A DNA stretch of 25,051 bases from Puniceicoccaceae bacterium (GTDB taxonomy: Bacteria; Verrucomicrobiota; Verrucomicrobiia; Opitutales; Oceanipulchritudinaceae): the NCBI GenBank assembly GCA_040830765.1, contig JBFOMH010000038.1:1-25051 (forward strand), given 5' to 3'. Position numbers and translations under genes: made by a program. Below, piece by piece: positions 5,350-14,004 of this stretch (position 1 is the first letter of the stretch; the number at the start of each line of letters is the position of its first letter). A model generated the notes under the pieces. The model did not search any database and had not been told where the DNA came from. It worked only from the letters and a program-made list of their open reading frames with translations.

Positions 5350-6648
5350 TTACAAAAGCCCGACAGCCCGCTTCAGCCGGGCCACAGCGATATTATAGTC
5401 ATGAAGGGCCTGGACTGCATTGGTCCGAGCCCGGGTCAGGGAAAGCTGAGCCTCGTAAATGTCCAGTTGAATAACCGAGCCCACCGAATAGCGGTCCTCG
5501 GCCAGCTCCAGTACCTCCTCGGCCTGGTCGACAACCTTGCGGCTGGCCTCGACGAGTTCCTCGGCTTCCTGGATGGAAGAAAGGGCCTGCCGGATTTCGC
5601 TGCCAACGAGGAGGTCCAACTCACTCCGGGCCAATTCGCTCTGTCGCAGGCGGGACTGGGCGGATAGGACATTCCCTCGTGTCGCTTGGCCGTCCCAGAT
5701 GGTCCATGAGCCCTGGAGCCCGACAGTCCATCCGTGGCGGGTGTCGTCAAGGGCATTGGAAAATCCGGATTTCTGGATCCCGTAGCCGGCCACGAGGTTA
5801 AGGTTGGGCAATCCCCCGGACCGCGCGCCCCGGACCTGGGCTTCCGCAGCGTCAATGGACCGGTCGAGGGAAATATATTCAGGCCGGTTCTGGCGGGCCA
5901 TCGACAAGGCGGAGGAGAGATCGATCTCGTTTGGTTTGTAAGTCAGTTCCCCGACAATTTGAGTATTTACTTCTTCGGGTATTTCAAGGCCGAGATAAAG
6001 GAGCAGGTCGACAATCGACAGGCGAAAGTCGTTCTTGGCCCGAATCAACTGGGGCTTTCCGTTGGCCAGGGCAACTTCGGCCCGGAGGAGTTCAAAGCGG
6101 GAATCCGAACCTGTTTCATATCGGTCCCTTGTCGTCTGCAATTGCCTTTCAAGGAGATCGACCGCGGCCTGGCGAACGGTCACCTCCTCACGGTTCAAAA
6201 GGACGCGAAACCAGGCCTCGTGGACAACGAGAAGGGCGTCCTGGACAGCCTGGCTGTACTGCGCCTCAGCGGCGGATTGGGAGGCCATTGCCGAATCGAT
6301 CCCGGAGGTGATGGCCCCGCCGGAATACAACTGCTGGCTGGCCTGCAGGTCGAGGCTCCATGCCTGATCGTCACCGATGGGGGATCCTTCAAAGCTCTCC
6401 AGCTTGTTTTCATCCACCCGGCTGTAGCCGCCAAGTAATTCCAGCCGCGGGAGCCTTCCGGAACGGGCGTTGAGCGTCTGCCCCTCGGCTTCTTCCAGCC
6501 GGGCCTCGGCTTGCCGGATGGAATAATTGTTCTCCCGTGCCAGGGCCACCACGGTCTCGTAGTCGAGGACGGCGGGTATGGTCGACGCGCCGAGCAAGGT
6601 GGACCCAATCAGGAGCCCTGGGAGGATTTTTTGTATCGAGATTTTCAT
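5350..6648 (-). CDS. TolC-family outer membrane efflux protein
   Basis: 432 aa with a signal peptide and two OEP-type halves (RLPRLEL, QQLYSGG; GLPNLNL, WTIWDG). Its start overlaps the RND permease stop by 4 nt. Confidence 0.92.
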   Translation of the reverse strand: MKISIQKILPGLLIGSTLLGASTIPAVLDYETVVALARENNYSIRQAEARLEEAEGQTLNARSGRLPRLELLGGYSRVDENKLESFEGSPIGDDQAWSLDLQASQQLYSGGAITSGIDSAMASQSAAEAQYSQAVQDALLVVHEAWFRVLLNREEVTVRQAAVDLLERQLQTTRDRYETGSDSRFELLRAEVALANGKPQLIRAKNDFRLSIVDLLLYLGLEIPEEVNTQIVGELTYKPNEIDLSSALSMARQNRPEYISLDRSIDAAEAQVRGARSGGLPNLNLVAGYGIQKSGFSNALDDTRHGWTVGLQGSWTIWDGQATRGNVLSAQSRLRQSELARSELDLLVGSEIRQALSSIQEAEELVEASRKVVDQAEEVLELAEDRYSVGSVIQLDIYEAQLSLTRARTNAVQALHDYNIAVARLKRAVGLL

Positions 6649-9600
6649 GCTATGGACGTTTCCGCAGCGGGACTTTCATCTTTTAAAAGGGACGATTTCT
6701 GCAATGCGGCTTCAGCTGCATTGTGGTCCTTGGCAATAAGGACGTAGATCGAGGGAACAACAAAGAGGGTGAACAACGTTCCGATCGACATTCCGGTGAC
6801 AAGGACCAGGCCAATGCTGTTTCGCGCCTCGGCTCCCGCGCCCGTCACGAGGACGAGGGGGAAGTGTCCGAAGACCGTGGCCATGGTTGTCATCAGGATC
6901 GGGCGCAGGCGGATCCGCGCCGCCCGCTTGACGGCGTCGATCTTATTCATCCCCTGGCGCTGCAGGGAGTTGGCGAATTCAACAATGAGGATACCGTTCT
7001 TGGAGATCAGCCCGACAAGGGTGACAAGACCCACCTGGGAGTAGATGTTGACGGTGGTGGTCCACCCATCCGTCCAGAAGGGAACGTTGGGATTGGGCAT
7101 CTTCAGGAAGGTGAAGAGCATCGCCCCGAACATGGCCAGCGGGACTGAGCCGAAGAGGATGATGAAGGGATCGCGGAAGGAATTGAACTGCGCTGCGAGG
7201 ACGAGGAAAATCAGGATCGCGGCCAGGCCAAAGGTGACGAGGAAGGAATTTCCCTCGGTGCGTAACTGGCGCGATTCGCCGGTGTAGTCGATGACATAAC
7301 CTGCCGGCAGGATGGCCTCGGCCTCCTGTTCAAGGAATGTCAGGGCCTCATCCAGCGGGCGGACTGCGACCCCGCTGATGCGGACCGAATTCAACTGCTG
7401 GAAACGGTTCAAGGACCTCGGCTCGTTGCTGTTGCTGATGCTGGCAATTGAACGCAGCGGGATCAATTTACCCGCTGGACCTGTCACATAGATGTCCAGC
7501 AACTGATCCGGGTTTAGCCGCTCGGTCCGTTCCACCTGGGGAATGACTTTGTAACTACGTCCGTCAATATTGAAGCGATTGACAAAGTTGCCCCCAACCA
7601 TCGCCGTAATGTCCTGGCCGACAGCGGCAAGGTCGACCCCGATGTCGGCAACCTTGTCGCGGTCGAAGACGATCTCGCTCTTGGGAAGGTCGATCTTGGT
7701 ATCGATGATGGGTGGAAAAGCAAACATCCCGCTCATGGCGGCCTTCTGCTGCAGCTCCTGGGCAAATTCAAGGATTTGTTCCGGTTCAGCAGTCGAGGAA
7801 AGGACAAACTCCACCGGGAAGGTCCCTCCGCCGGGAAGGGCAGGGGGGAGGACGGGGAACTGGTTAATGGCGGGAAGCTGGGACAGCCCGTACTGGACCT
7901 CCGGCATGATTTCGAAAATGGTTCGTTCCCGTTCACCCCAGGGTGACACCACCATGCCTCCGAAGCCGCCCACCGGGAAAGTGATCTGGAAAGTGTATTC
8001 CATTTCCGGGGTTTGAGCAAAGACATCAAAAGCGGCCCGGGTGGCCGCACTGCTGGCCTCCAGCGTCGTGTTGGATGGTGAGTCGACAATCCCGAAGATA
8101 ATGCCCTGGTCTTCCGTCGGAGCCAGTTCCTTGGCGGATTGCTGGTACATGACAACCGCCAGCAGGGTCAGGCCAATCCACAGGGTGTACATGGCTGGCC
8201 GGGCTTCAAGGGTCCGGTCGAGAATGCGCCCATAGCGCTGGCGAATGCGATCGAAGCCCCGGTTGATGCGAAGGGGCAGGCCGTGTTCCTCCGTTTCCTT
8301 GTCGAGCAACTTGGAGGACATGACCGGCGAAAGCGTCAGGGCGACAATGCCGGATATGGTCACAGCACCGGCAAGGGTGAAGGCAAACTCGCGAAACAGG
8401 GATCCGGTCAAGCCGCCCTGCAGGCCGATGGGGGCATAGACGGCGGCGAGGGTAATGGTCATGGCGATGACCGGCCCGATCAATTCCCGGGCACCCAGAA
8501 TGGCCGCATCCAGAGGTGACTCACCGTTCCTCAGGTGTCGCTCGACATTCTCCACCATGACAATGGCATCGTCGACCACCAATCCGACGGAAAGGACGAT
8601 CGCCAGCAGGGTCAGCAGGTTGATCGTGAATCCGAACATCTGCATGAGGAAGACCGCCCCAATCAAGGAGACGGGAATGGCCACCACCGGGACCAGGACA
8701 GAGCGAAGGGATCCGAGAAACAGGAAGATGACGATGACCACGATGAGGAGTGTCTCCAGCAGCGTCTTCACGACCTCGTTGATGGCATCATTGATATATT
8801 CGGTCGCGTCGTAAGCCACCCGTGCTTCCAGACCAGCCGGCAGATCCGCCTGCAAGTCGTCGATCTGGCTCCGGACCAGCTCGATGACATCAATGGAGTT
8901 GGCGTTGGGAAGAACCCAGACCCCCATGAAGACAGCGGTTTGCCCAGTGAAGCGGACCTCCGCGTTGTAATCTTCCGCCCCGAGGGATATCCGGGCAATA
9001 TCCTTGAGCCGGATTAAGGTCCCCCCCGACTCCCGGACGACGAGGTTTTCAAATTCAGGTACTGTCTTGAGGTCGGTATTGGCGGAAAGGTTAACCTGGA
9101 TCATCGCACCCTTGGTGGAACCGGGAGCGGCAAGGTAATTATTGCGGGAAAGGGCGGTCCGGACTTGCGAGGGACTGACATTGAGGGCGGCCATCCGGTC
9201 AGGCTGGAGCCAGACCCGCATGGCATAGGTACGGCCGCCAAGGATGTCGGCCCGCTGGACACCGGGCAGTGCGGTCAAACGCGGCTGCACCACGCGGACA
9301 AGGTAGTCGGTGATTTCGTTCGGCTCAAGTTCCTCGGAGGCAAAGCTCAGGTAGGCCGAGGCAAACTGGGAGTCGGCCGACTCGATGTTAATGGTCGGGA
9401 CTTCCGCTTCGGGAGGCAGGTCATTCCTAACCTGGTCCACTTTGGAACTGATCTCTGCCAGTGCCTTGGTGGCATCATAATTCATCCGCAGACGGGCGGT
9501 TATGGTTGAGCGCCCCTGGACACTTTCCGACTGGATGTAATCGATGCCGTCTGCTGCCGCGATGGCCCTCTCCAGCGGGACTGTGATGAAGCCGCGGACA

Positions 9601-9773
9601 AGGTCCGCCTCGGCGCCAACATAAATCGTGGTGACCGTTACCGAGGCGTTCTCGCTCTTCGGGTACTGACGGACATTCAAGCTGCTGATAGCCTGCAAGC
9701 CGGCAATGATGATCACCAGGTTGACAACCGTAGCCAGGACAGGCCGGCGAATAAAGATATCGGTGAATTTCAT
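6645..9773 (-). CDS. RND efflux permease, AcrB/HAE1 family
   Basis: 1042 aa with the FIRRPV N-terminus and GLVVDDAIV, KNGILIVEFA and RLRPILMT proton-relay motifs. Confidence 0.96.
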   Translation of the reverse strand: MKFTDIFIRRPVLATVVNLVIIIAGLQAISSLNVRQYPKSENASVTVTTIYVGAEADLVRGFITVPLERAIAAADGIDYIQSESVQGRSTITARLRMNYDATKALAEISSKVDQVRNDLPPEAEVPTINIESADSQFASAYLSFASEELEPNEITDYLVRVVQPRLTALPGVQRADILGGRTYAMRVWLQPDRMAALNVSPSQVRTALSRNNYLAAPGSTKGAMIQVNLSANTDLKTVPEFENLVVRESGGTLIRLKDIARISLGAEDYNAEVRFTGQTAVFMGVWVLPNANSIDVIELVRSQIDDLQADLPAGLEARVAYDATEYINDAINEVVKTLLETLLIVVIVIFLFLGSLRSVLVPVVAIPVSLIGAVFLMQMFGFTINLLTLLAIVLSVGLVVDDAIVMVENVERHLRNGESPLDAAILGARELIGPVIAMTITLAAVYAPIGLQGGLTGSLFREFAFTLAGAVTISGIVALTLSPVMSSKLLDKETEEHGLPLRINRGFDRIRQRYGRILDRTLEARPAMYTLWIGLTLLAVVMYQQSAKELAPTEDQGIIFGIVDSPSNTTLEASSAATRAAFDVFAQTPEMEYTFQITFPVGGFGGMVVSPWGERERTIFEIMPEVQYGLSQLPAINQFPVLPPALPGGGTFPVEFVLSSTAEPEQILEFAQELQQKAAMSGMFAFPPIIDTKIDLPKSEIVFDRDKVADIGVDLAAVGQDITAMVGGNFVNRFNIDGRSYKVIPQVERTERLNPDQLLDIYVTGPAGKLIPLRSIASISNSNEPRSLNRFQQLNSVRISGVAVRPLDEALTFLEQEAEAILPAGYVIDYTGESRQLRTEGNSFLVTFGLAAILIFLVLAAQFNSFRDPFIILFGSVPLAMFGAMLFTFLKMPNPNVPFWTDGWTTTVNIYSQVGLVTLVGLISKNGILIVEFANSLQRQGMNKIDAVKRAARIRLRPILMTTMATVFGHFPLVLVTGAGAEARNSIGLVLVTGMSIGTLFTLFVVPSIYVLIAKDHNAAEAALQKSSLLKDESPAAETSIA

Positions 9774-9798
9774 GCTGCGAATCCTCTGGCTGCAGGTC

Positions 9799-10917
9799 TT
9801 AGCCTTCCGCCGGGGCGGGATTCAATTCCGGTTCAACGGTCCCCACGCTGCTACGGGTGATAAGGGAACCATTGCTCAACTTGAAGGCGCCCGCCGAGAC
9901 AATTTCCTCATCCCCTTGAAGCCCCTGGACCACTTCGATGAAGTCCCCCTTGGACTCACCAAGCCGGACGATCTGCTGCTTGACTGACTCGGGACCTTCC
10001 CCTTCCGGCTTGGTCACGACGAAGACGGAATCCCCGTAGTTCGCATGCATGATGGCGCTGCGCGGGACAACCACCACTTCGCGGTTTTCCTTCCGGATGG
10101 CGCGGGCATCAACAAACATTCCCGGAAGCAGCTTTCCATCCGGATTCTCAAAGGTCGCCTGAACGGAGATCGAGCGGGTGGTGGCGTCAATGTCCGGATT
10201 GATGGCGGTCAGGTAGCCGGTGAAGACTTCCCCCGGCCAGGCATCTGTGGTGATCCGGACTTCCATCCCCTCGTGAAGATAGCTGATACGGTTCTGGGGG
10301 AATTCAAAGTCGACAAAGACTTTTTCATAGGACTGCAGCTTGACGATTTCCTGCCCCTTGGTGACGTAATCACCCGGGCTGAGCTGGCGGATTCCCAGAC
10401 GGCCGCTGAAGGGCGCCCGGATGGTCCGCTTGTCGACAGTGGCCTGCAAATTGGCCACGGTAGCCTTGGCACCGGCAAACTCCGCCTCCGAACGGTCCAG
10501 TTCCGCGTTGGAAACATTGTTCCGCGAGTGCAACTCACGCATCCGGATAACGTTGGAGCGTGCCAGTTCCAGTGCCGCTTGGGCGATTTCCAGCTGTGCC
10601 TGCTCAATGTCCGTATCCAGTTGCACCAGGATGGCCCTTGCCTCAACCCGGCTTCCCGGATTGAAAAGGATTTCGCGGACCACGCCCTCGGACTCGGAGC
10701 GGACGGTTGTCCCGTTCACGGGATTGACGGTCCCGACAGAGAAAAGCTCCTGCTCCCATTCCAGCTTTTGCACCGGCCTGACCTCAACCGTCTGTGGCCA
10801 TGGCCCGGCGTTTGCGCCAGCATCGATCATGCTTTTAATTTGTAGGGCCCTGATCCCCGCTAATCCTGCGAAGCAGATGAGGACGGCCAGTGCCGCAAGT
10901 GCGATTTTGCGTTTCAT
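9799..10917 (-). CDS. RND periplasmic adaptor (membrane fusion protein)
   Basis: N-terminal anchor, helical hairpin, and TIRAPFSGRLG, LLPGMFV and GLQGDEEIV motifs. Directly upstream of the permease. Confidence 0.94.
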   Translation of the reverse strand: MKRKIALAALAVLICFAGLAGIRALQIKSMIDAGANAGPWPQTVEVRPVQKLEWEQELFSVGTVNPVNGTTVRSESEGVVREILFNPGSRVEARAILVQLDTDIEQAQLEIAQAALELARSNVIRMRELHSRNNVSNAELDRSEAEFAGAKATVANLQATVDKRTIRAPFSGRLGIRQLSPGDYVTKGQEIVKLQSYEKVFVDFEFPQNRISYLHEGMEVRITTDAWPGEVFTGYLTAINPDIDATTRSISVQATFENPDGKLLPGMFVDARAIRKENREVVVVPRSAIMHANYGDSVFVVTKPEGEGPESVKQQIVRLGESKGDFIEVVQGLQGDEEIVSAGAFKLSNGSLITRSSVGTVEPELNPAPAEG

Positions 10918-11432
10918 TGTGATGCGTTTTTGTCGTTCAAGTGGTTCTGCAACTTGAGCAGAAGAGTAAGAAAAGTTTTGCGTTCAGTAGCACTCAATGG
11001 GCCAAAGTCATTCACGATTTCGGAGAAATAGCCCGGTAGTAGTTTCTCCAGGAATGCCTTTCCGCTGGTCGTCAGACGGACCGGGCTGACCCGGCGGTTA
11101 TCCGGATTAACGACCCGTTCGATATGGCCATCCTTGATCAGGTTATCGATCAACCGGGTCACTGTCGCCGGTGTGACCCCACACCGTTCCGCCAGTTCGC
11201 CCGGATTGCGCTGCTCGTCCGGGCAGCTGTTGAGCATCATCAGGATCGACATTCGCCCGGTCGATAAATCGTATTGGGCAAGGTAGTCAGCTACCCTCGA
11301 TCCGACCTCCGATCCCAGGCGCATGAAGTGCAGGTAAACTTCGGACGCATCCGCATCCATCTCTGGATAGCGCTGCGCCATCTCGTCCAGGCACTCCCGG
11401 TCCGGCAGGTTCCTTAAGAAAAATCCATTCAT
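10914..11432 (-). CDS. MarR-family transcriptional regulator
   Basis: Winged helix-turn-helix ELAERCGVTPATVTRLIDNLIKDGHIER..NRRVSPVRLTTSG. First gene of the efflux operon, overlapping the adaptor start by 4 nt. Confidence 0.92.
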   Translation of the reverse strand: MNGFFLRNLPDRECLDEMAQRYPEMDADASEVYLHFMRLGSEVGSRVADYLAQYDLSTGRMSILMMLNSCPDEQRNPGELAERCGVTPATVTRLIDNLIKDGHIERVVNPDNRRVSPVRLTTSGKAFLEKLLPGYFSEIVNDFGPLSATERKTFLTLLLKLQNHLNDKNASQ

Positions 11433-11460
11433 GCTCCGTTTCCTTGCCCAATCATAAAAG

Positions 11461-11489
11461 TTAAGTTGGCTAACAATTAGCAGGCTTAA
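11461..11489. promoter_or_regulatory. Putative MarR operator (inverted repeat)
   Basis: TTAAG-TTG-GCTAA-CAA-TTAGC-AGG-CTTAA about 30 nt upstream of the MarR gene, adjacent to a minus-strand TTGAAA at 11495-11500. Confidence 0.6.
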
Positions 11490-11563
11490 TAAATTTTCAA
11501 GGGGAAATTGAAGATTTTACGAAAGAAAACCCCAACGCTGTGCGAAAATGGACTGAATTTCGC

Positions 11564-13021
11564 TTAATTTTTCCCGTCGACCAGTGACTGCAGGTCAATT
11601 GTCGCGGCATCGACACCGGTCAGCCGGGCGACGAGCTGTTGCACGGCGGAGGCGACGGCCACCTGCTCGCGCTGGGACTGTTGCTGCTCCATGTCGTGCT
11701 GCATGTTCTCGATGACGGCCTTCTGCTCGGCACCAAAGGCAGCCTCGAGGCTGGCTTTGGTGATGTTGACGTGAGGATTGTCGACGCCGGCAATTTCCTG
11801 GAGGGTCCGCCAGATATGGACCTGGTCGGAGGTTTGGGTAATGACTGCCGGGGAAGCCACCTTGGGAACGGCCTCACCATCAGGTCCGGGAACATAGACG
11901 CAGGGATATTTGCCCATCCGCTGGTGCCGGACCAGTTCGAGGTATTCACCGACCGGGACCAGACTGTCTTCCGGGACATCGGCTGGAGGATCAGTGAATT
12001 CACCGGCAAACTCGCTTTCCCCAAGGGCAAAATCGGCGAAGGTATAGCTCCCCACGCCCTCCGGGTTGTCGGAGATGTCAAAGCAGGAGACAAATCCGCG
12101 GGCCTTGTCCGGATCATAGACGACGAGGGGAAAGGCCCGCGAGCGGATAGCCCGTTCCGCACGGAGGCGGAACGCGGCTTCATCCTCCCCGTCTTTCTGG
12201 GCTAGCAGGGAAAGCAGGGTTGGCCGGGAGGAGGTCAGGGCATCGAAGAGGCGCTTGGTGAAATCCGGAGCGGCGACGCAGGTCTGGAGGAAAAAGACGC
12301 CCCGCATGGCAAGGGGAAGCGTTTCCACGGCCATGGAAGCGGGAACGCTGGGGTCGGCTGTGGGGGAGTAGACCTTGCGCAGGGATGCCCGCATGGCGGC
12401 AATCTTGAACGGCTTGCGGCTTTCCAGGAGGGACATGATTTTGCGCAGGGTCTTGCCGCTGTCGCTTTCCAGATTGGCCATGATGAGGAAGGGCGGGCAG
12501 AGCCTGAATTCAGCCGGGCTGAGCAAGCGCCAACTGAAATTGGCAAAGACCGGATCATGGGTAGCCGGATGGTATTTCGAGCGAATCTCCAACTGGGCAA
12601 TGCGCAGGCTGCAAAAGATTTCCGCCATCCGGTTGAGGTGCTCCTCCGCCTTTTCGTGGATGCGCTCCTCGTCTTCACTGATGTCCATGACCGGATGGTT
12701 GCCGGTTGCCTCGGCGCAGCTCTTCTTGATGGCCTCCAGTTTTTCGAGAAGGCGGTTGATGCGGTTTACCCGGTCCTCCGGCATGCAGCGGGAGGAGGAA
12801 CTGCCAAGGACTTTGGAGAGGGAACTCAGGTTGAGATTGGAGGAGCCGAAAGGACCAAGCGTGTCACCCAGCTTTTCCTCTTCATGACCGTGGCGATGAT
12901 ATTCATCGAGGCGGATCAGGTTTTGCAGCTCGCGAATGGTTTCATCGAGGGCCTCATCGAGTTCAGAAAAGTGGTGATGCCAGACGTCCTCGACGGGTTG
13001 ATGGATGAGATGGTCGTCCAT
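11564..13021 (-). CDS. Uncharacterised protein; the C-terminal half resembles the C-terminal region of fused pyruvate:ferredoxin oxidoreductases
   Basis: 485 aa with RBS GGAGGAG, 14 nt after the beta subunit gene. Segments SRAFPLVVYDPD, YTFADFA and WRTLQEIAG. The resemblance is recalled and was not searched. Confidence 0.6.
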   Translation of the reverse strand: MDDHLIHQPVEDVWHHHFSELDEALDETIRELQNLIRLDEYHRHGHEEEKLGDTLGPFGSSNLNLSSLSKVLGSSSSRCMPEDRVNRINRLLEKLEAIKKSCAEATGNHPVMDISEDEERIHEKAEEHLNRMAEIFCSLRIAQLEIRSKYHPATHDPVFANFSWRLLSPAEFRLCPPFLIMANLESDSGKTLRKIMSLLESRKPFKIAAMRASLRKVYSPTADPSVPASMAVETLPLAMRGVFFLQTCVAAPDFTKRLFDALTSSRPTLLSLLAQKDGEDEAAFRLRAERAIRSRAFPLVVYDPDKARGFVSCFDISDNPEGVGSYTFADFALGESEFAGEFTDPPADVPEDSLVPVGEYLELVRHQRMGKYPCVYVPGPDGEAVPKVASPAVITQTSDQVHIWRTLQEIAGVDNPHVNITKASLEAAFGAEQKAVIENMQHDMEQQQSQREQVAVASAVQQLVARLTGVDAATIDLQSLVDGKN

Positions 13022-13035
13022 GGATAACTCCTCCC

Positions 13036-13989
13036 TCAGACCGCGTAGCGATCCATCAGGTTATCGAGCCGGTTGATGAAGGTATCATGGTCCGGCCGCT
13101 TGGCATGCTGGACCCGGATTTCCTCATAGGTCGGGAGATCCGGATTGTGATAGATAAGGCCCATCGGGGCCGGATCCACTTTGGCGGCAACACTGAGAGC
13201 CTGGTCAATGTCCCTCTGGTTGTGGGCCTTGGCGGGCCCCCGCTTGAGGAGTCCGGGATGGATGGGGATGCCGTCCTCGTTCTCAAGGAAGGTCACCGGA
13301 AAGTTCAGGCCACCTTCCCCGTACGCTTCCGGCATGAAGACCGGGCAGCGCTGCAGGATGCGGACAAAGGAAAGCCCCTTGTGCTCCCAGGCCCGTTCGA
13401 TGGTCTCATCAAGGTGGGCCGGCAACCAGGTTGCGGTCTGGGCTACGAAGGAAACATTGGTCATGCCGACGACAACCCCGATTGGGTTCATTGGCTGGAG
13501 GCTGGATCCTCGCGGAGTGGTATTGGTCCGCTGACCGACCGGAGTGGTGGGGGAGACCTGCATCTTGGTCAGGGCGTAAATCTCATTGTCGAGTACCAGC
13601 ACGACCGCGTTGATGTTATAACGCACCGCATGCAGCCAGTGGTTGCCCCCGATGCTGAAGCAGTCGCCATCACCCATGGTGACAATGACCTTCAGGTCCG
13701 GCCGGGCCAGGCGGACACCGGTGGAGATGGGCAGGGCACGGCCGTGGATGCCATGAAACCCGTAGGTTTTCAGGTAGTGGGGGAGGCGGCTGGAACAGCC
13801 GATGCCGGAGACCGTGACCACGTTTTCGGGATCGACGTTGTTTTTGCGCATGACCCGCTGCAGGCTGGCGAGAACCCCATGGTCCCCACAGCCCTTGCAC
13901 CACCTCGGAATTTCGGACTGGTAGTCCTCCAAGGTGTGGGAGTGAATGGCGCAACTTTCATCTAGGCATTCCTGGATTATCGATGACAT
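13036..13989 (-). CDS. korB: 2-oxoacid:ferredoxin oxidoreductase beta subunit (TPP-binding)
   Basis: WCKGCGD, SGIGCSSRLP, HGIHGRALP, the TPP motif GDGD...LDNEIY and QRCP. Substrate specificity is not established. Confidence 0.9.
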   Translation of the reverse strand: MSSIIQECLDESCAIHSHTLEDYQSEIPRWCKGCGDHGVLASLQRVMRKNNVDPENVVTVSGIGCSSRLPHYLKTYGFHGIHGRALPISTGVRLARPDLKVIVTMGDGDCFSIGGNHWLHAVRYNINAVVLVLDNEIYALTKMQVSPTTPVGQRTNTTPRGSSLQPMNPIGVVVGMTNVSFVAQTATWLPAHLDETIERAWEHKGLSFVRILQRCPVFMPEAYGEGGLNFPVTFLENEDGIPIHPGLLKRGPAKAHNQRDIDQALSVAAKVDPAPMGLIYHNPDLPTYEEIRVQHAKRPDHDTFINRLDNLMDRYAV

Positions 13990-14004
13990 TGTTTTCGGGG
14001 GGGG

